Assembly (NCBI RefSeq): GCF_004010195.1
Contig: NC_057718.1
Span: 97,090,079-97,154,078, forward strand
DNA from: Chiloscyllium plagiosum
Lineage: Eukaryota
Length of the DNA stretch: 64,000 bases
Direction of reading: 5' to 3'
The position numbers and the translations under genes were made by a program. Shown here piece after piece: positions 36,353 through 48,545 of this stretch. Numbering within the stretch: the stretch's first letter is position 1; each line of letters starts with the position of its first letter. The notes under the pieces are model-generated. The model saw nothing but the letters and a program-made list of their open reading frames with translations. It searched no databases and was not told the DNA's origin.

Positions 36353-37850
36353 TGCTAATCGTTTACCACTTGTTCGTATGCTGCTCCTTGACGTTTTCTG
36401 GAGATTTATTCATACATACGAACAGTCTAAGCCAGGATGTTGGATGAAGAGGTGCATGTTTATAACTTGTGGCTTTGTGAATAAAAGTGTGCAGAGATTG
36501 GCTCCAGTTATAGCCCCCATTGCCCAGCTTTCTGGAGTATTACTGACTGCACCAATGTGGCATTTTACCAGTTTCTGTTCCTGTTGTCCAAGAGATGGAA
36601 AATCTATGCCCAAATTCAACTTAATATTCTCCTGCAATTCTGCACCAACCAAGAATTGAGACAAAGCTTTCAAAATTGATCATCATTTTGATTTTTTTTG
36701 CTGTGACGCTGCATCCTTGCAGGTGTCTATAAAGCAGCCAACAAATGCTTGCTTTATGATGCACTAAAAGTGCCCTATTAATTAAGCTGCCTTCTAATTC
36801 CATTATTTAGTTATAAACAGCAATCTGCCGTAATTATTGTTCACACTTGAACTATTCAGCAGTCCTGTTTTTAACAGTGTAAAGCATTTCAAAGAGAAAA
36901 TGCAGCTTCAGTGCAATGTTAATTGGATTCACTTTTAATGTGATTGAAAATGTTTGATGGAGCATCATAGAGACTCTTTTTTTTCGTTCTTTGATTACTC
37001 ATTGTTCCTGATTAATTTTTATTGATTGTATTTTGCCGAACAACGTTTGTGCAAATAAAAGCTAATCACAAGAAAGGCCTGGAATTGAAAGCAGCTCTCA
37101 GCGATGGCGGCCATGAAATTATGGCCCTGGTGTTGCACTGTCATGTAAGACGCCATCTTGTTCACTAATGTCCATCATGGAAGGAAACACCCAACCAGGC
37201 ACAGTCACATGCAGAAAAACAGAAAAGCTGGTGAGGATATTTGGACCAAATCCAGGGCAAAATAACAGCCCTCCATGTGATCTCTTCGTTATTCCTCGGA
37301 TTTTGTGTGTCCTGAGCAGAGATAATTTCCTTATTAAAGTTTGAGAAGGGGCCCGCCACTGAAAACCAATATGAGCCAAAAAGGCAACTAAATTGGAGCA
37401 CAGGCAATTGGTACGTGGGTAATTGGTACCAACATGGCTCAGTGGTTAGCACTGCTGCCTCACATCAGGGACCCAGTTTCAATTCCAGCCTTGGGTGACT
37501 GTTTGTGTGGAGCTTGTATGTTCTCCCTCTGTCTGTATAGGTTTCCTCCAGGTGCTCTGGTTTCCTCTCACTGTCCAAAGGTGTGCAGATTAGGGTGGAT
37601 TGGCTATGCTAAATTGCCCCATGTTGTCCAGGCATGTGTAGATCACATGAGTTAGCCATGGGAAATGTGCGGTTAGGGGATTGTGAGTGGTGCTGCTAGA
37701 TCTGGGTAGCCTACTCTTCAGAGTCCCTCCAGCCATACCAGCCATTTAAAGAGATCATGAATGACCTATGATCCAACTTCATTTCACCACCTTTGTCCTC
37801 AATGAGAAGGCATTGGCACGGTGCTATTGACACTGGACCCAGGCTAACAC
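35729..37850. repeat. Inverted repeat: arms 35729-36046 and 37531-37850
   Basis: gtgttagcctgggtccagtgtcaatagcac... is the reverse complement of ...gtgctattgacactggacccaggctaacac. The match spans junctions between different repeats. Confidence 0.9.
37432..37722 (+). mobile_element. V-SINE
   Basis: catggctcagtggttagcactgctgcctcac head and V-domain. Confidence 0.85.
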
Positions 37851-39596
37851 GCTGGGGACTTGGATTTGAGTCACTCCATGGCAATTGCAAAATTTGGAAT
37901 TAAAAGCCAGTTTAATGGCGATTGTAAATGGTTGACTCTTAACTGCTTTCTGAAATGCAAACCAATTAGTTCAAGTGGCTAAGCCAGCGATACATCTTCT
38001 TTCACAAAATTTTCCAATTCTTCTTTTGTTCTGAACAAGGATTAAGATGATAGATCATTTTCTCTGCAGCCCCACAGTCTGTAGCAAAGCAATGTTTTTG
38101 AAATCTCAATGAGTCTGTGGAATTCACTGTCCCAGAATGCAGTGGGTGCTGGGACTTTGTGTAAAATTAAGGAAGAGACAGACTGATTTTGAAGTGGTAA
38201 TGGGTGGAAGTGTTCCAAGAACAAGAAAGTTGAGACCGAGATGAGATCAGCCATGATAGTATTAAATGCTGAAGTAGGCTTGAGGGGCTGAATGGCCTCC
38301 TCCTCTTCCTTATTCTTAATTTCTCGGGGGGGGCCCTGAGTTACTATACTGGAGCCACGAATAAGGGCTTTCATCTTTATGCCCAGAAAAAAACATCATC
38401 TTTACCTTGACTACATCTTCTCAGGGTGGTTAATGATGGAAGTGACCACAATTTGGTGCACATTCTGCCAATCTCCAATTTACGCTGCCGTGGTGTGGGG
38501 CCCTGTCAGCTCCATCAGAGGGGGTGCTTCCCTCTCCCAGTGGCTGTGGTGGTCCTACTCCTCTCAGCCCAGCACCCATTGTATTGCAGCCTCCAGCCCA
38601 TTAGCGGGGTGTCCCGCTGTGCCTGAACACAATGCTGCACCAGTTCTGTTTTTTTCCGCAGCCTGGCGCCCAGCCTGTCATTGGCATTTCTGTTTGCCAG
38701 TTCCGTCAAAGGGCTTTGCGAATGCCGCTCTGCTTTTTCTTCATTCATGGCAATAGGACGGCCCTAATTGCCCAGAGGGCAGTTAAGAGTCAACCACATT
38801 ACTGTGGGTCTGGAGTCAAATGTAGGCCAGACCAGGTAAGCGGCATAAGTGAACCAGATGGGTTCTTCCGGCAATCGGCAATGGGTCCACAGTCATTGCT
38901 GCATTCCTAATTCGAGAATTTCATTGGATTCAATTTCACGATATGCAAATCGGGGTCCCCAGAACATTGCCTGGGCCTTGGGATTAGCAGGTCAGCAATA
39001 AAACTGCCAGGGTCTCCCCTCCCCCTCATCATGCTCACCGGTCTTGCCTCTCATTTCCCACTGCCGCCCTGCCCATCCTTCTGTAAACCCACGGGCAGCA
39101 TTTCTGGGAATAGGGCGCTGGTTTGTGATTGGTCTGGATTGCTCGATGGAAAGCTAGTGTGGGCTGAATGGCCTGTTTCAATGACTGGATGACTCCATGA
39201 TTTCGATGAGGCCCAGTCCTGAGTTCCCGAATCCATTATCCTCTCTGATAGTCCATCGACATTTGCTCACTGCATCCCCGATGCCATGGTCTTGATTTGC
39301 GTCTTTAGACTATACTTTCTCCCCCAATTCATCACATGTCCCAACAGCTATCAGCCAGGCCCTTCCTCTCCCAGCATCCTCTTGTGATGCGTTTTCATGG
39401 TAGTCAAGACCCAGAGAGTTTACAGACATGTCAAATAGAGAAATACAAATAAACTGGATTTAATCTACAACCCAGGCCCATAGTGCAGTCTTTGAACAGG
39501 AGTCATCCAGATAGTCATCAGGGGCTTGATTTAATCTTGACCCTCGGGAATATTCTTCCTCCTGGTGTGAGAACTGTGCCTTTTTATTGTTTGTGT

Positions 39597-39873
39597 TCTG
39601 GATGTAGGTTTGCTGACTGAGTTGGAAGGTTCGTTTTCCACCCCCTGAGGAAAAGAATAGGAAATTACATCACCACAGGAAATGACGTCACCAACCCAAG
39701 GACGTCCAAACACATAAATAGAAAGCGGGCCAGGCCACCAGCGCTTCATCCGGAGGCTCACTGAAGATGTTACCTAGTATGGTGACGAAACGTTGAAATT
39801 GAAACCTTCCAGCTCAGTGAGCAAACCTACATCCAGAACCCCAACCTGAGCTACATATCTTCTCAAAACTCAC
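39597..39873 (+). mobile_element. Third PLE family terminal insert with 5' inversion, 12-bp TSD and hammerhead-like motif
   Basis: TSD tattgtttgtgt at 39585-96 and 39874-85; inverted ends tctggatgtaggtttgct / agcaaacctacatccaga; CTGAAGA-t-GTTACC-loop-GGTGAC-GAAACGT at 39761-93. Confidence 0.75.
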
Positions 39874-41621
39874 TATTGTTTGTGTGTTTTTTCTAAATTG
39901 TGGAGTGGAATGAGAAAGAACTGTTTTCATAAAACCAGTGTTTTGAAAGAATGGTTTGCAAAGCAAGTGATTCGAGAGTCATGGCAGGCAGAGTAATGAT
40001 GTTGTTTGATCAGTTCGTGCACTGAAACAATTGCAGACAGGCGCCGATGGGTTGTGTGTATGGGTGGCAGCAGTTGTTCTGTGGAGCAGCAGTGACGACT
40101 TGTCCATGAGCAAGGCTGCATTGAGATTGATTGATTGTCTGGTAGTTGAAGAGCTTGGGGCAAGGAATAAGATAAAGAGGAGGGATTTGATCTTCACCAG
40201 CGCAGGGACTGGCTCTCTGTTCTCTGCAGGCAAAGCTTACTTTAAACCTGAAGAAGGTCACTTAATCAGTTGCTGTAGGGTGTGACTTTTAGTTGATAGA
40301 CGAGAGGTTTTGTACAAGTGAACCAGCCACCCTGTGCCTTTTGAAAATCAGTGAGCACACTTGGAAAAGGAAAACCAGGAAGAAACCTCTGGGTTGGCAA
40401 GGACCAACTCAACAGAATTTGGGAGCAAAGTCTACTGGACTCCATGCGTGCATGTGTGTGGCTGTCCAGGCGTTGATAAAGGGATTAGTGATTTCATTTG
40501 CAGTATTACATGCTGATGGGTTTTGGCTGTTGACCTGTAGCTACAGTCTAATTATTTGTAATAAATAATAACTGTTGCTAAGCACACAAAACTGCAGTAC
40601 TGCAGAGAAATTGTCCATGCTCCAGCAAACCAGGTCTGAAAATCCGGTGAAATGGGTCATTTTGTGGCTTCATTTTAAAATTGTGAATTTTTGCGACAGC
40701 TCTGGGAGTAGTGGGACTTGATTTCCAGTGTCCTCACACAGTGGGTAAGGACGCTGGTACGGGAGATTGACAAAAATTGTAGGATGTGGAGCGTTGCTTC
40801 AGCTAAGATTCACTATGCTGATGTGGCAGAGAACTGGAACGGGGAACACCTCTGCTGTGTGCAGTGACCAAGCACGTTCACTCTCTCTTAACTCGCCTGA
40901 GGAATCATCCGATATCTGCCACTTTCAAACATTATTGCCGTGCTTTGAGAGAGGATGGAAAGTAGTTTCAGCACAGAAATAGAAGAGGTGCCTGAGCAGA
41001 CCCATTTAACCTGCACACAGGCCGTGATGGAGGATGATCAGGAGCAGTTTGCTCGCATTGTAAATACAGTAGCCATAAGAATGTTCATTTCTGGTTTAGT
41101 GTAACAGAGCAGTCAGGCTTGTGTGAGGCTGGTGTGTCTCATCCAACAGCAGGCTGCTAAACTTCATCCAAACCAAAATGTCATTCAACACCGCGTAACC
41201 CTTTCACCCAATGCATGATTGCACAAAGCTGTGGGAGATTGTGCATTGTTACCTTTACGAAACACATCTACATCTTTTTGTGCACTCCGCCACATTGTCA
41301 TTTATGAGACCATTTCAGTCCATGTGCATTTGTGCGGAACAGTGTTCACTTTGGAAGCATTTCATGTTCATCAAGTGTTTGCAGCTCCAGAAAACTACAC
41401 AATCATTCCAACGGAACACTGAGCAAGGGCACAGAATAATTTTCTTTCTCAAGGGCTCCTCTTCAGATTTCCTCGAGGGCTATTTTTTAATTTTTCGGGA
41501 CTAATTTTTCACTCTCCAATTCATTTATTTGATGGTGCAGGCAAATAGTAACAATGCCTTCTCTTTGTTTTAACATATGGACTCACATGGAAACAGAATC
41601 AGAAGGATTCATAAAGTCACA

Positions 41622-42030
41622 GAGTCATAAAGATGTACAGCACAGAAACAGACCCTTTGGTCCAACCCATCCATGCCGACCAGATATCCATAACCAATCT
41701 AGTCCCAACTGCCAGCATCTGGCCCATATCCCTCCAAACCCTTCCTATTCATATACCCATCCAAACACCTTTTAAATGTTGCAATTGTACCAGCCTCCAC
41801 CACTTCCTCTGGCAGCTCATTCCATACACGTACCACCCTCGGCGTGAAAACGTTGCCCCTTACGTCTCTTTTATATCTTTTCCCTCGTACCCTAAACCTA
41901 TGCCCTCTAGTTCTGGACTCCCCGACCACAGAGAAAAGACCTTGTCTATTTATCCTATCTATGTCCCTCATAATTTTATCTATCAGGTCACCCCTCAGCT
42001 TCCGACGTTCCAGGGAAAACAGCCCTAGCC
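41622..42030 (-). mobile_element. CR1 (HER1-like) 3' end
   Basis: GESRTRGHRFRVRG...RVVRVWNELPEEVVEAGTIATFKRCLDGYM. Confidence 0.93.
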
Positions 42031-42131
42031 ATAATTAAATTTAGAGCCACAAAACAAAAGGAAAACATTGTCAAAAAAATTTTAATTTTGAAAGAAGCAC
42101 AAACTCACAGGCAGAAGTTAGCAACAAAGTG

Positions 42132-42795
42132 TTTTGATTTTGTTTGATTTGTTATTGTCACATATACCAAGATACAGTGAAAAGTATTGTTTTCCATGCT
42201 AACTAGACTAATCATATCTTACAGAAGTACATCAGAGAAATAGAACAGAATGCAAAATATAATGTTACAGCTACAGAGAAGGTGCAGAGACGGATCAATG
42301 CTAAGATATGAGAGATCTGTTCATAAGTCTGATAACAGTAGGGAAGAAGCTGTTCTTGAATCTGTTAGTACGTGCTTTCAAACTTTCATATCTTCTGCCG
42401 ATGGAAGAGAGCATAACCGGGGTGGGAGTGGTCTTGAAAGACGTTGGCTGCTTTCCCGATGCAGTGAAAAGTATAAACGGAGTAAGTGGATGGAAGGTTG
42501 GTTTGTGTGATGGACCAGGCTATGTTCACAACTCAATGTAGTTTCTTGCGGTCTTGGGCACAGCAGTTGCTGTACTAAGCTGTGATCCATCTGAATAGGA
42601 TGCTTTCTATGGTGCACCTATAAAAATTGGTAAGAGTCCTTGTGGACATGCTGAATTTCCTTAGCCTTCTGAGGCAATAGAGGCGTTGGTGTGTTTTCTT
42701 GACTGTAGCATCGATGTGGATGGACCAGGACAGATTATTGGTGATGTTTGCTCCCAGGGACTTGAAGTTCTTGAGCACCTCCACCTCAGCACCAT
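42132..42795 (-). mobile_element. Rex1/Babar LINE 3' part
   Basis: FKSLGANITNNLSWSIHIDATVKKTHQRLYCLRRLRKF...LTNFYRCTIESIL; tail gtgacaataacaaatcaaa. A sibling 3' end lies at 63160-63372. Confidence 0.85.
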
Positions 42796-42825
42796 TGGTA
42801 GAGAATCCTGCTCCTTCATCTTCGT

Positions 42826-43165
42826 GGGCGGCACGGTGGCACAGTGGTTAGCACTGCTGCCTCACAGCGCCAGAGACCCGGGTTCAATTCCCGACTCAGG
42901 CGACTGACTGTGTGGAGTTTGCACATTCTCCCCGTGTCTGCGTGGGTTTCCTCCGGGTGCTCCGGTTTCCTCCCACAGTCCAAAGATGTGCAGGTCAGGT
43001 GAATTGGCCATGCTAAATTGCCCGTAGTGTTAGGTAAGGGGTAAATGTAGGGGTATGGGTGGGTTGCGCTTCGGCGGGTCGGTGTGGACTTGTTGGGCCG
43101 AAGGGCCCGTTTCCACACTGTAAGTAATCTAATCTAATCTAAGTAATCTAATCTAATCTAATCTT
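42826..43165 (+). mobile_element. Young full-length HE1-like V-SINE
   Basis: CpGs retained; A/B boxes tggcacagtgg and ggttcaattcc; (taatc)n tail with a short duplication. Confidence 0.95.
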
Positions 43166-43554
43166 ATAGTCTTCACCATGCTATGTATGGTTTCCAGTGC
43201 TTTGGATCTGATTCTAAAGAAGTGAAGGGCACAAAACAATATATTATTATGGGAAGTTTTGAAAAAGCAAGAAAGGGTGAATGTTGCCAAAATTCTAGCC
43301 GTCTGATTCCTGCTAGTCCAGAGTTTAATTGAGTGCCTTGTTGCTCCTCGGAATTGTAGACTGTTGTATTGCAAAGCGAAACTATCTCTGCTATTTTTAA
43401 CATGTAGTGAAAGCATTTATTGATTTAAAGTTCAGATCCATTACTGCATATTTAATACACATTTAACATTCAGATAAAGTGAAAGTAATTATAAGCATCC
43501 AGTGCAGATTTTGAAATGGTGGAGTGTATGTTTGACAACGCTGATTAGTGTCCT

Positions 43555-43742
43555 GTCAGAAGGTTTATTTGGAAGTATAAAGCTTTTGGAGGGCTGCTCC
43601 TTCATGCTATTAGCTACCTGACAAAGAAGCAGCACTCTGAAAACTTGTACTTGCAAATTAACCTGTTGGACTATAACCTGGTGTTGTGTGATTTTTAGCT
43701 TTGTCCACCCCAGTCCAACACCGGCATCTCCACATCATGGCT
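43555..43742. mobile_element. Decayed fold-back end of the first PLE family
   Basis: aacctgttggactataacctggtgttgtgtgattttt; degenerate hammerhead tacctgacaaag...ctctgaaaactt. Confidence 0.7.
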
Positions 43743-43765
43743 TTGAGAAAATGACAATGTATTTA

Positions 43766-44080
43766 GGGGCGGCACAGTGTCACAGTGGTTAGCACTGCTG
43801 CCACACAGCACCAGAGACCTGGGTTCAATTCCTGCCTCAGGCAACTGTCTGTGTGGAGTTTGCACATTCTCCCCATGTCTACGTGGGTTTCCTCGGGGTG
43901 CTCCGGTTTCCTCCCACAGTCCAAAAATGTGCAGATCAGGTGAATTGGCCATGCTGAGATTGCCTGCAGTGTTAGGTGAAGGGGTAAATGTAGGGGAATG
44001 GGGCTGGGTGGGTTTCTCTTCAGAGGGTTGGTGTGGACTTGTTGGGCCGAAGGGCCTGTTTCCACACTGTAAGTAATCTA
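43766..44080 (+). mobile_element. V-SINE full length
   Basis: Same structure as the 42826 copy. Confidence 0.92.
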
Positions 44081-45368
44081 ATAATGAGTATTATATTCCT
44101 GAAGAAGGTCAGGGGGTAAGCAAGGTGCAGAGAAACAGTAAACAGGATCAGAGGTTACAAGTTAAAGACTGACGACTTTTCAAAAGAGACTCAAACACCC
44201 AGATTCTAACTGAAAGAATGGCCCAGAGCAATTTCTTGTTATAATACTTTTGCTGGGGTCAAAAACAAAAACGAAATGTGATCTGAATAAAGGCGACCGA
44301 ACTGACGGTCAGTTCCTGCGCTGTGTCGAGCAGTATNNNNNNNNNNNNNNNNNNNNNNNNNNNNNNNNNNNNNNNNNNNNNNNNNNNNNNNNNNNNNNNN
44401 NNNNNNNNNNNNNNNNNNNNNNNNNNNNNNNNNNNNNNNNNNNNNNNNNNNNNNNNNNNNNNNNNNNNNNNNNNNNNNNNNNNNNNNNNNNNNNNNNNNN
44501 NNNNNNNNNNNNNNNNNNNNNNNNNNNNNNNNNNNNNNNNNNNNNNNNNNNNNNNNNNNNNNNNNNNNNNNNNNNNNNNNNNNNNNNNNNNNNNNNNNNN
44601 NNNNNNNNNNNNNNNNNNNNNNNNNNNNNNNNNNNNNNNNNNNNNNNNNNNNNNNNNNNNNNNNNNNNNNNNNNNNNNNNNNNNNNNNNNNNNNNNNNNN
44701 NNNNNNNNNNNNNNNNNNNNNNNNNNNNNNNNNNNNNNNNNNNNNNNNNNNNNNNNNNNNNNNNNNNNNNNNNNNNNNNNNNNNNNNNNNNNNNNNNNNN
44801 NNNNNNNNNNNNNNNNNNNNNNNNNNNNNNNNNNNNCCTCTTAAAGCCACAGTATCGACACAAAACTGTGATCTTGCAGCTGTGTTGTTAATATACTTCA
44901 AGACATCTGATTCAACAAGATCCTGATTCTGCAGTATCTGTTCAAAAGACTAACACATTGAAAACCACAATACAGCTTATCATCTACCTCTGTGTTTCTC
45001 TCTCTCTATTGTCATATTTTTCAATGCTACTGTCTCTGTATTCTGCTTTCAGTAGTTTGCTTGCCTCCTTGCTGTGTCTTAGACCTGTCTGATAACAGCA
45101 GTAAGTGATCACTGGTGAGTCTAAACAGATGAGGCACTTGCCTTTTGTAACAAGGTAGTTTATTACAGAATATTAATGGGCACAGTTTATAAAACTGTTC
45201 AGGCATAATTACTAATGACTGTCATGAACTATACAGGAAATATCAGCTCCCATTGGGTCCTGATACAGAACTCAACTGTCTCAGCCTAAAAGCCGTTTGA
45301 CATTGTTGGGTTGGGTAGGGCTCAGAGCATCATGACTATTAACACTTTCAAAACCATTATCTTATATA

Positions 45369-45869
45369 GTCATGATTTGGAGATGCTGGTGTTGGACTGG
45401 GGTGTACAAAGTTAAAAATCACACAACACCAGGTTAGAGTCCAACAGGTTTTTGTTCAAAAACTGCATGAATTCATGTAAAACTCCATTATCTCACTTTT
45501 TAGATTAGAATCAATCTAAACATCATGGCATAGACAGAGAACACAGGGGGCTAACACCTTCAACATATTGTCTAGCTATCACCATTGTTAACAGCTAACC
45601 CGAGAATGCAACTTTTTAAAAATAAGGTTTTGTGATTTACACATGAAAGAAGTGAAACTATCACTGTATTCTAACACTTGAAAGGCTTAACAGACAATCA
45701 ATTTTTCAATGTATAATTTAAGTTACATCAAACTGCAAATTTTTGCGACAAATTCTGTGTGTTAGGATTAAGCCCTCCACTACTACCTGATGAAGGAGTG
45801 TCGCTCCGAAAGCTAGTGTGCTTCCAATTAAACCTGTTGGACTATAACCTGGTGTTGTCTGATTTTTAA
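45369..45869 (+). mobile_element. PLE 3' end with inverted 5' segment, 14-bp TSD and hammerhead motif (45784-45818)
   Basis: TSD cattatcttatata at 45355-68 and 45870-83; homologous to 2400-2860 in the opposite orientation; tac-CTGATGA-a-GGAGT gtc GCTCC-GAAAGCTA-gtg. Confidence 0.88.
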
Positions 45870-47314
45870 CATTATCTTATATAACATCTTACTGTCTCTC
45901 TCTCTGTGTTTTTCTCTCTTTGTTTGTTTGTGTATGTGTGTGTTTCTCAATCTCAGTAAAGTTCTAACTCTCGCTCTGTCCTCTCTCTTTCTCTCCACGT
46001 CCCCCCCACCCCATTCCTCTCTATTTCTCTCTCAATCTTGATTGCGCTTGAGTTATGAAATGGAGCTCCTGTGTTGTATCTGTGCAATGTCACATTGTCC
46101 ATGTTTCAGTAATAGCTTGAGATGACAGGTTGTGATGAGCTGACAGCAGTGTATCATAAATTTCACTTGTAAATAGCACAGCATTTGTGCAAGTTTCAAA
46201 TCCATTCGTTAGCCAAAACTGTTATCTGCGCACCAACATTGAGGTTACTACAGGAATTTTATGTTTGCCCCCCCATTTGGGTGAAACGAATTGTCCTCCT
46301 GGCTGGTACCAGTCACCCTAACCTTCCTGTCATGCCGGCTATGTCAAACTTGACAGCTGCTGCTTGTGTTAATAATAAGGCAGCCACCTGCAGGCAGAGG
46401 AGAGCACCTTGGAATGACTCTCACAACGCAGAATTCCTAACTTGGGGTCCAGATGCCATCCACTCCCAACTTGTGGAAAGGATATTGTGTTTTCACCATT
46501 CTTTCTCAATTACCCGGTCCACGGACCTATTTGTTTTGTAGTGGTTGAAGAAGAACCACTCATGAGTCAAATCAAGGAGAGGCTCTTGTCTTAAATAACG
46601 TTTGCAGGATAGCAATGACGTGAGTAAGTTGGACTTTGAGGAGACATGTGGATAAGGGTCTCCACCCAAAAAGAAACCCTAAGATATTCTGCCTTTTCCA
46701 CCCATGTCCTCACATATTATCAGATTGGGTGGAACTTAGTCTGCAATGGCTGACTTGTTCTATTCATAGCAGCATAGGAGTAGGCCATTCAGCCCATTGA
46801 GTCTGCTCCGACATTCCACTCGATCAAGCCACTTCACCCTTCCTGATGACGAGCTGATGCCCAAAACGTCGACTCTCCTGCTCCTCAGAGGCTGCCCGAC
46901 CTGCTGGGCTATTCCAGAGCCACCCTTTTCTCCAGCATCTGCAGTCCTTTCTTTCTCCTTGTCACTCTCCTGTCTTGTGTCTATATCCCGAGGTGTCATT
47001 CCCCTTCAGAATTCCACTGATACCAGCTTTGCTCGAGCTCCTTGATGCCACACTCAGTCAAATACTGCCTTGTTGTTGAGGGTGGTCTGATTCACTTCCC
47101 CATTGTCCACGCTTGGACCAAAGCAGTCCTGATGTTAGGGGATGAGTGGGGCTGGTGGAACTTACACTGAGTTCAGTGATCAGGTTAGTGCTCAGCGGTA
47201 TTGTTAACAATCTCTCCCATCGCTTTGGCTGACGGTTAAGAATGAACCCATTATGCAGTGATTGGGCTGGTTGGATTTGACCTGCTTTTTGTGCATAGGG
47301 CATATCTGGGTGAC

Positions 47315-47474
47315 GAGGTAAAAACAATGACTGCAGATGCTGGAAACCAGATTCTGGATTAGTGGTGCTGGAAGAGCACAGCAGCTCAGGCAGCATTCGA
47401 GGAGCAGCAAAATCCACAGCTGTTCCTCGGATGCTGCCTGAACTGCTGTGCCGTTCCAGCACCACTAATCCAAA
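47315..47474. mobile_element. Fold-back PLE-end insert with 11-bp TSD
   Basis: TSD atctgggtgac at 47304-14 and 47475-85; same subfamily as 33001-33123. Confidence 0.88.
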
Positions 47475-48049
47475 ATCTGGGTGACTGTCCACATCACCAG
47501 GACAGATGCTAGTGTTGCCTAAAACAACATATAATATTGACTGGCAGTTGAATCATTTTCTCCACAGTACATGGGATTCCTAAAATACAGATTTATTCTT
47601 CCAGTCTGACGACTCAGTCAATGCATTGGTTATTACGGTATCAAGCTGGGTACGCCAGGGACTTCATTTAATTTGTCGTCTGTCAGCAACATCAAAATTG
47701 TCTTCACTGTCCATGGACTAAGATTAGACAAAGGCTATCATTCACCTCTCATACGCCCGACATTGGACAAAGATAGCTCTTAATTTTCAGATAGACAACA
47801 GTTGTTATCCAGATTTACAAACTGATCACAGAGATGATGTCTGAAGGATTGCTCTCCAAAGTGAGCACTCGCCTCCAAAAACAAAGTGTAGGACTGCGGA
47901 GGCAAAGGGTTTTTGCACAGCACGAGTTCATTAAGGGGGCAGCAGGTAGCTCCTTAATGCAGAGAGGCTGCGATAGTAGGGATAGAATGGTGACCTCTAA
48001 TCCGGGGGACCCCTGCAGTGGGTCAAGTTGGTTGATTTTTATTGACGAT

Positions 48050-48545
48050 AAAATGTGGAGCCGGAAAAGCACGGCAGGTCAGGCAGCATCGGAGGAGCAG
48101 GAGAGTCGACATTTTGGATCGGGAGTAGAGAGGGGCAAGGGGACTGATAAATAAATGGGAATGGGATGGAGCTGAGGGGAAGGTAGGTTGGATGGCGATA
48201 TGTGGGTGCAGCTCGGGGATTATTGTGAATGGCCAGTGGGAAGGGTGGAGTGGTGAGTAGGAAGATGGACAGGTTAGGTCAGGTCAGGGAGGTGGGTTGG
48301 AGGGGGAGGGAACCAGATATGGGGTGAGGTTGGGGGTTGGGGAGATTTTGAAGCTAGTGAACTCAATGTTGAGGCCGTTGGGACTATAAACTCCCGTGGC
48401 GGAATATTAGGTGTTGTCTCTTATAAGTCAATATAAGTTTGCTCATGGCCTCATTTTGACAGTGGAGGAGGCCCAGGATGGACATGTCACCAAGGGAGTG
48501 GGGGAGGAGGGGGGTTTGAAATGTCTGGCAACAGGAAGGTGGTGT
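48050..48545 (-). mobile_element. PLE 3' part (GIY-YIG tail and UTR), decayed
   Basis: MSILGLLHCQNEA...QHLIFRHGSL; family terminus near 48055-48115. Confidence 0.72.

Noticed and set aside
42826..42900. tRNA-like sequence
   Set aside because: SINE head continuing into the V-domain; not a standalone tRNA gene
42816..43118. Recurrent ORFs such as LDCGRKPEHPEETHADTGRMCKLHT and MAQWLALLPHS
   Set aside because: Translations of V-SINE sequence, not a gene family
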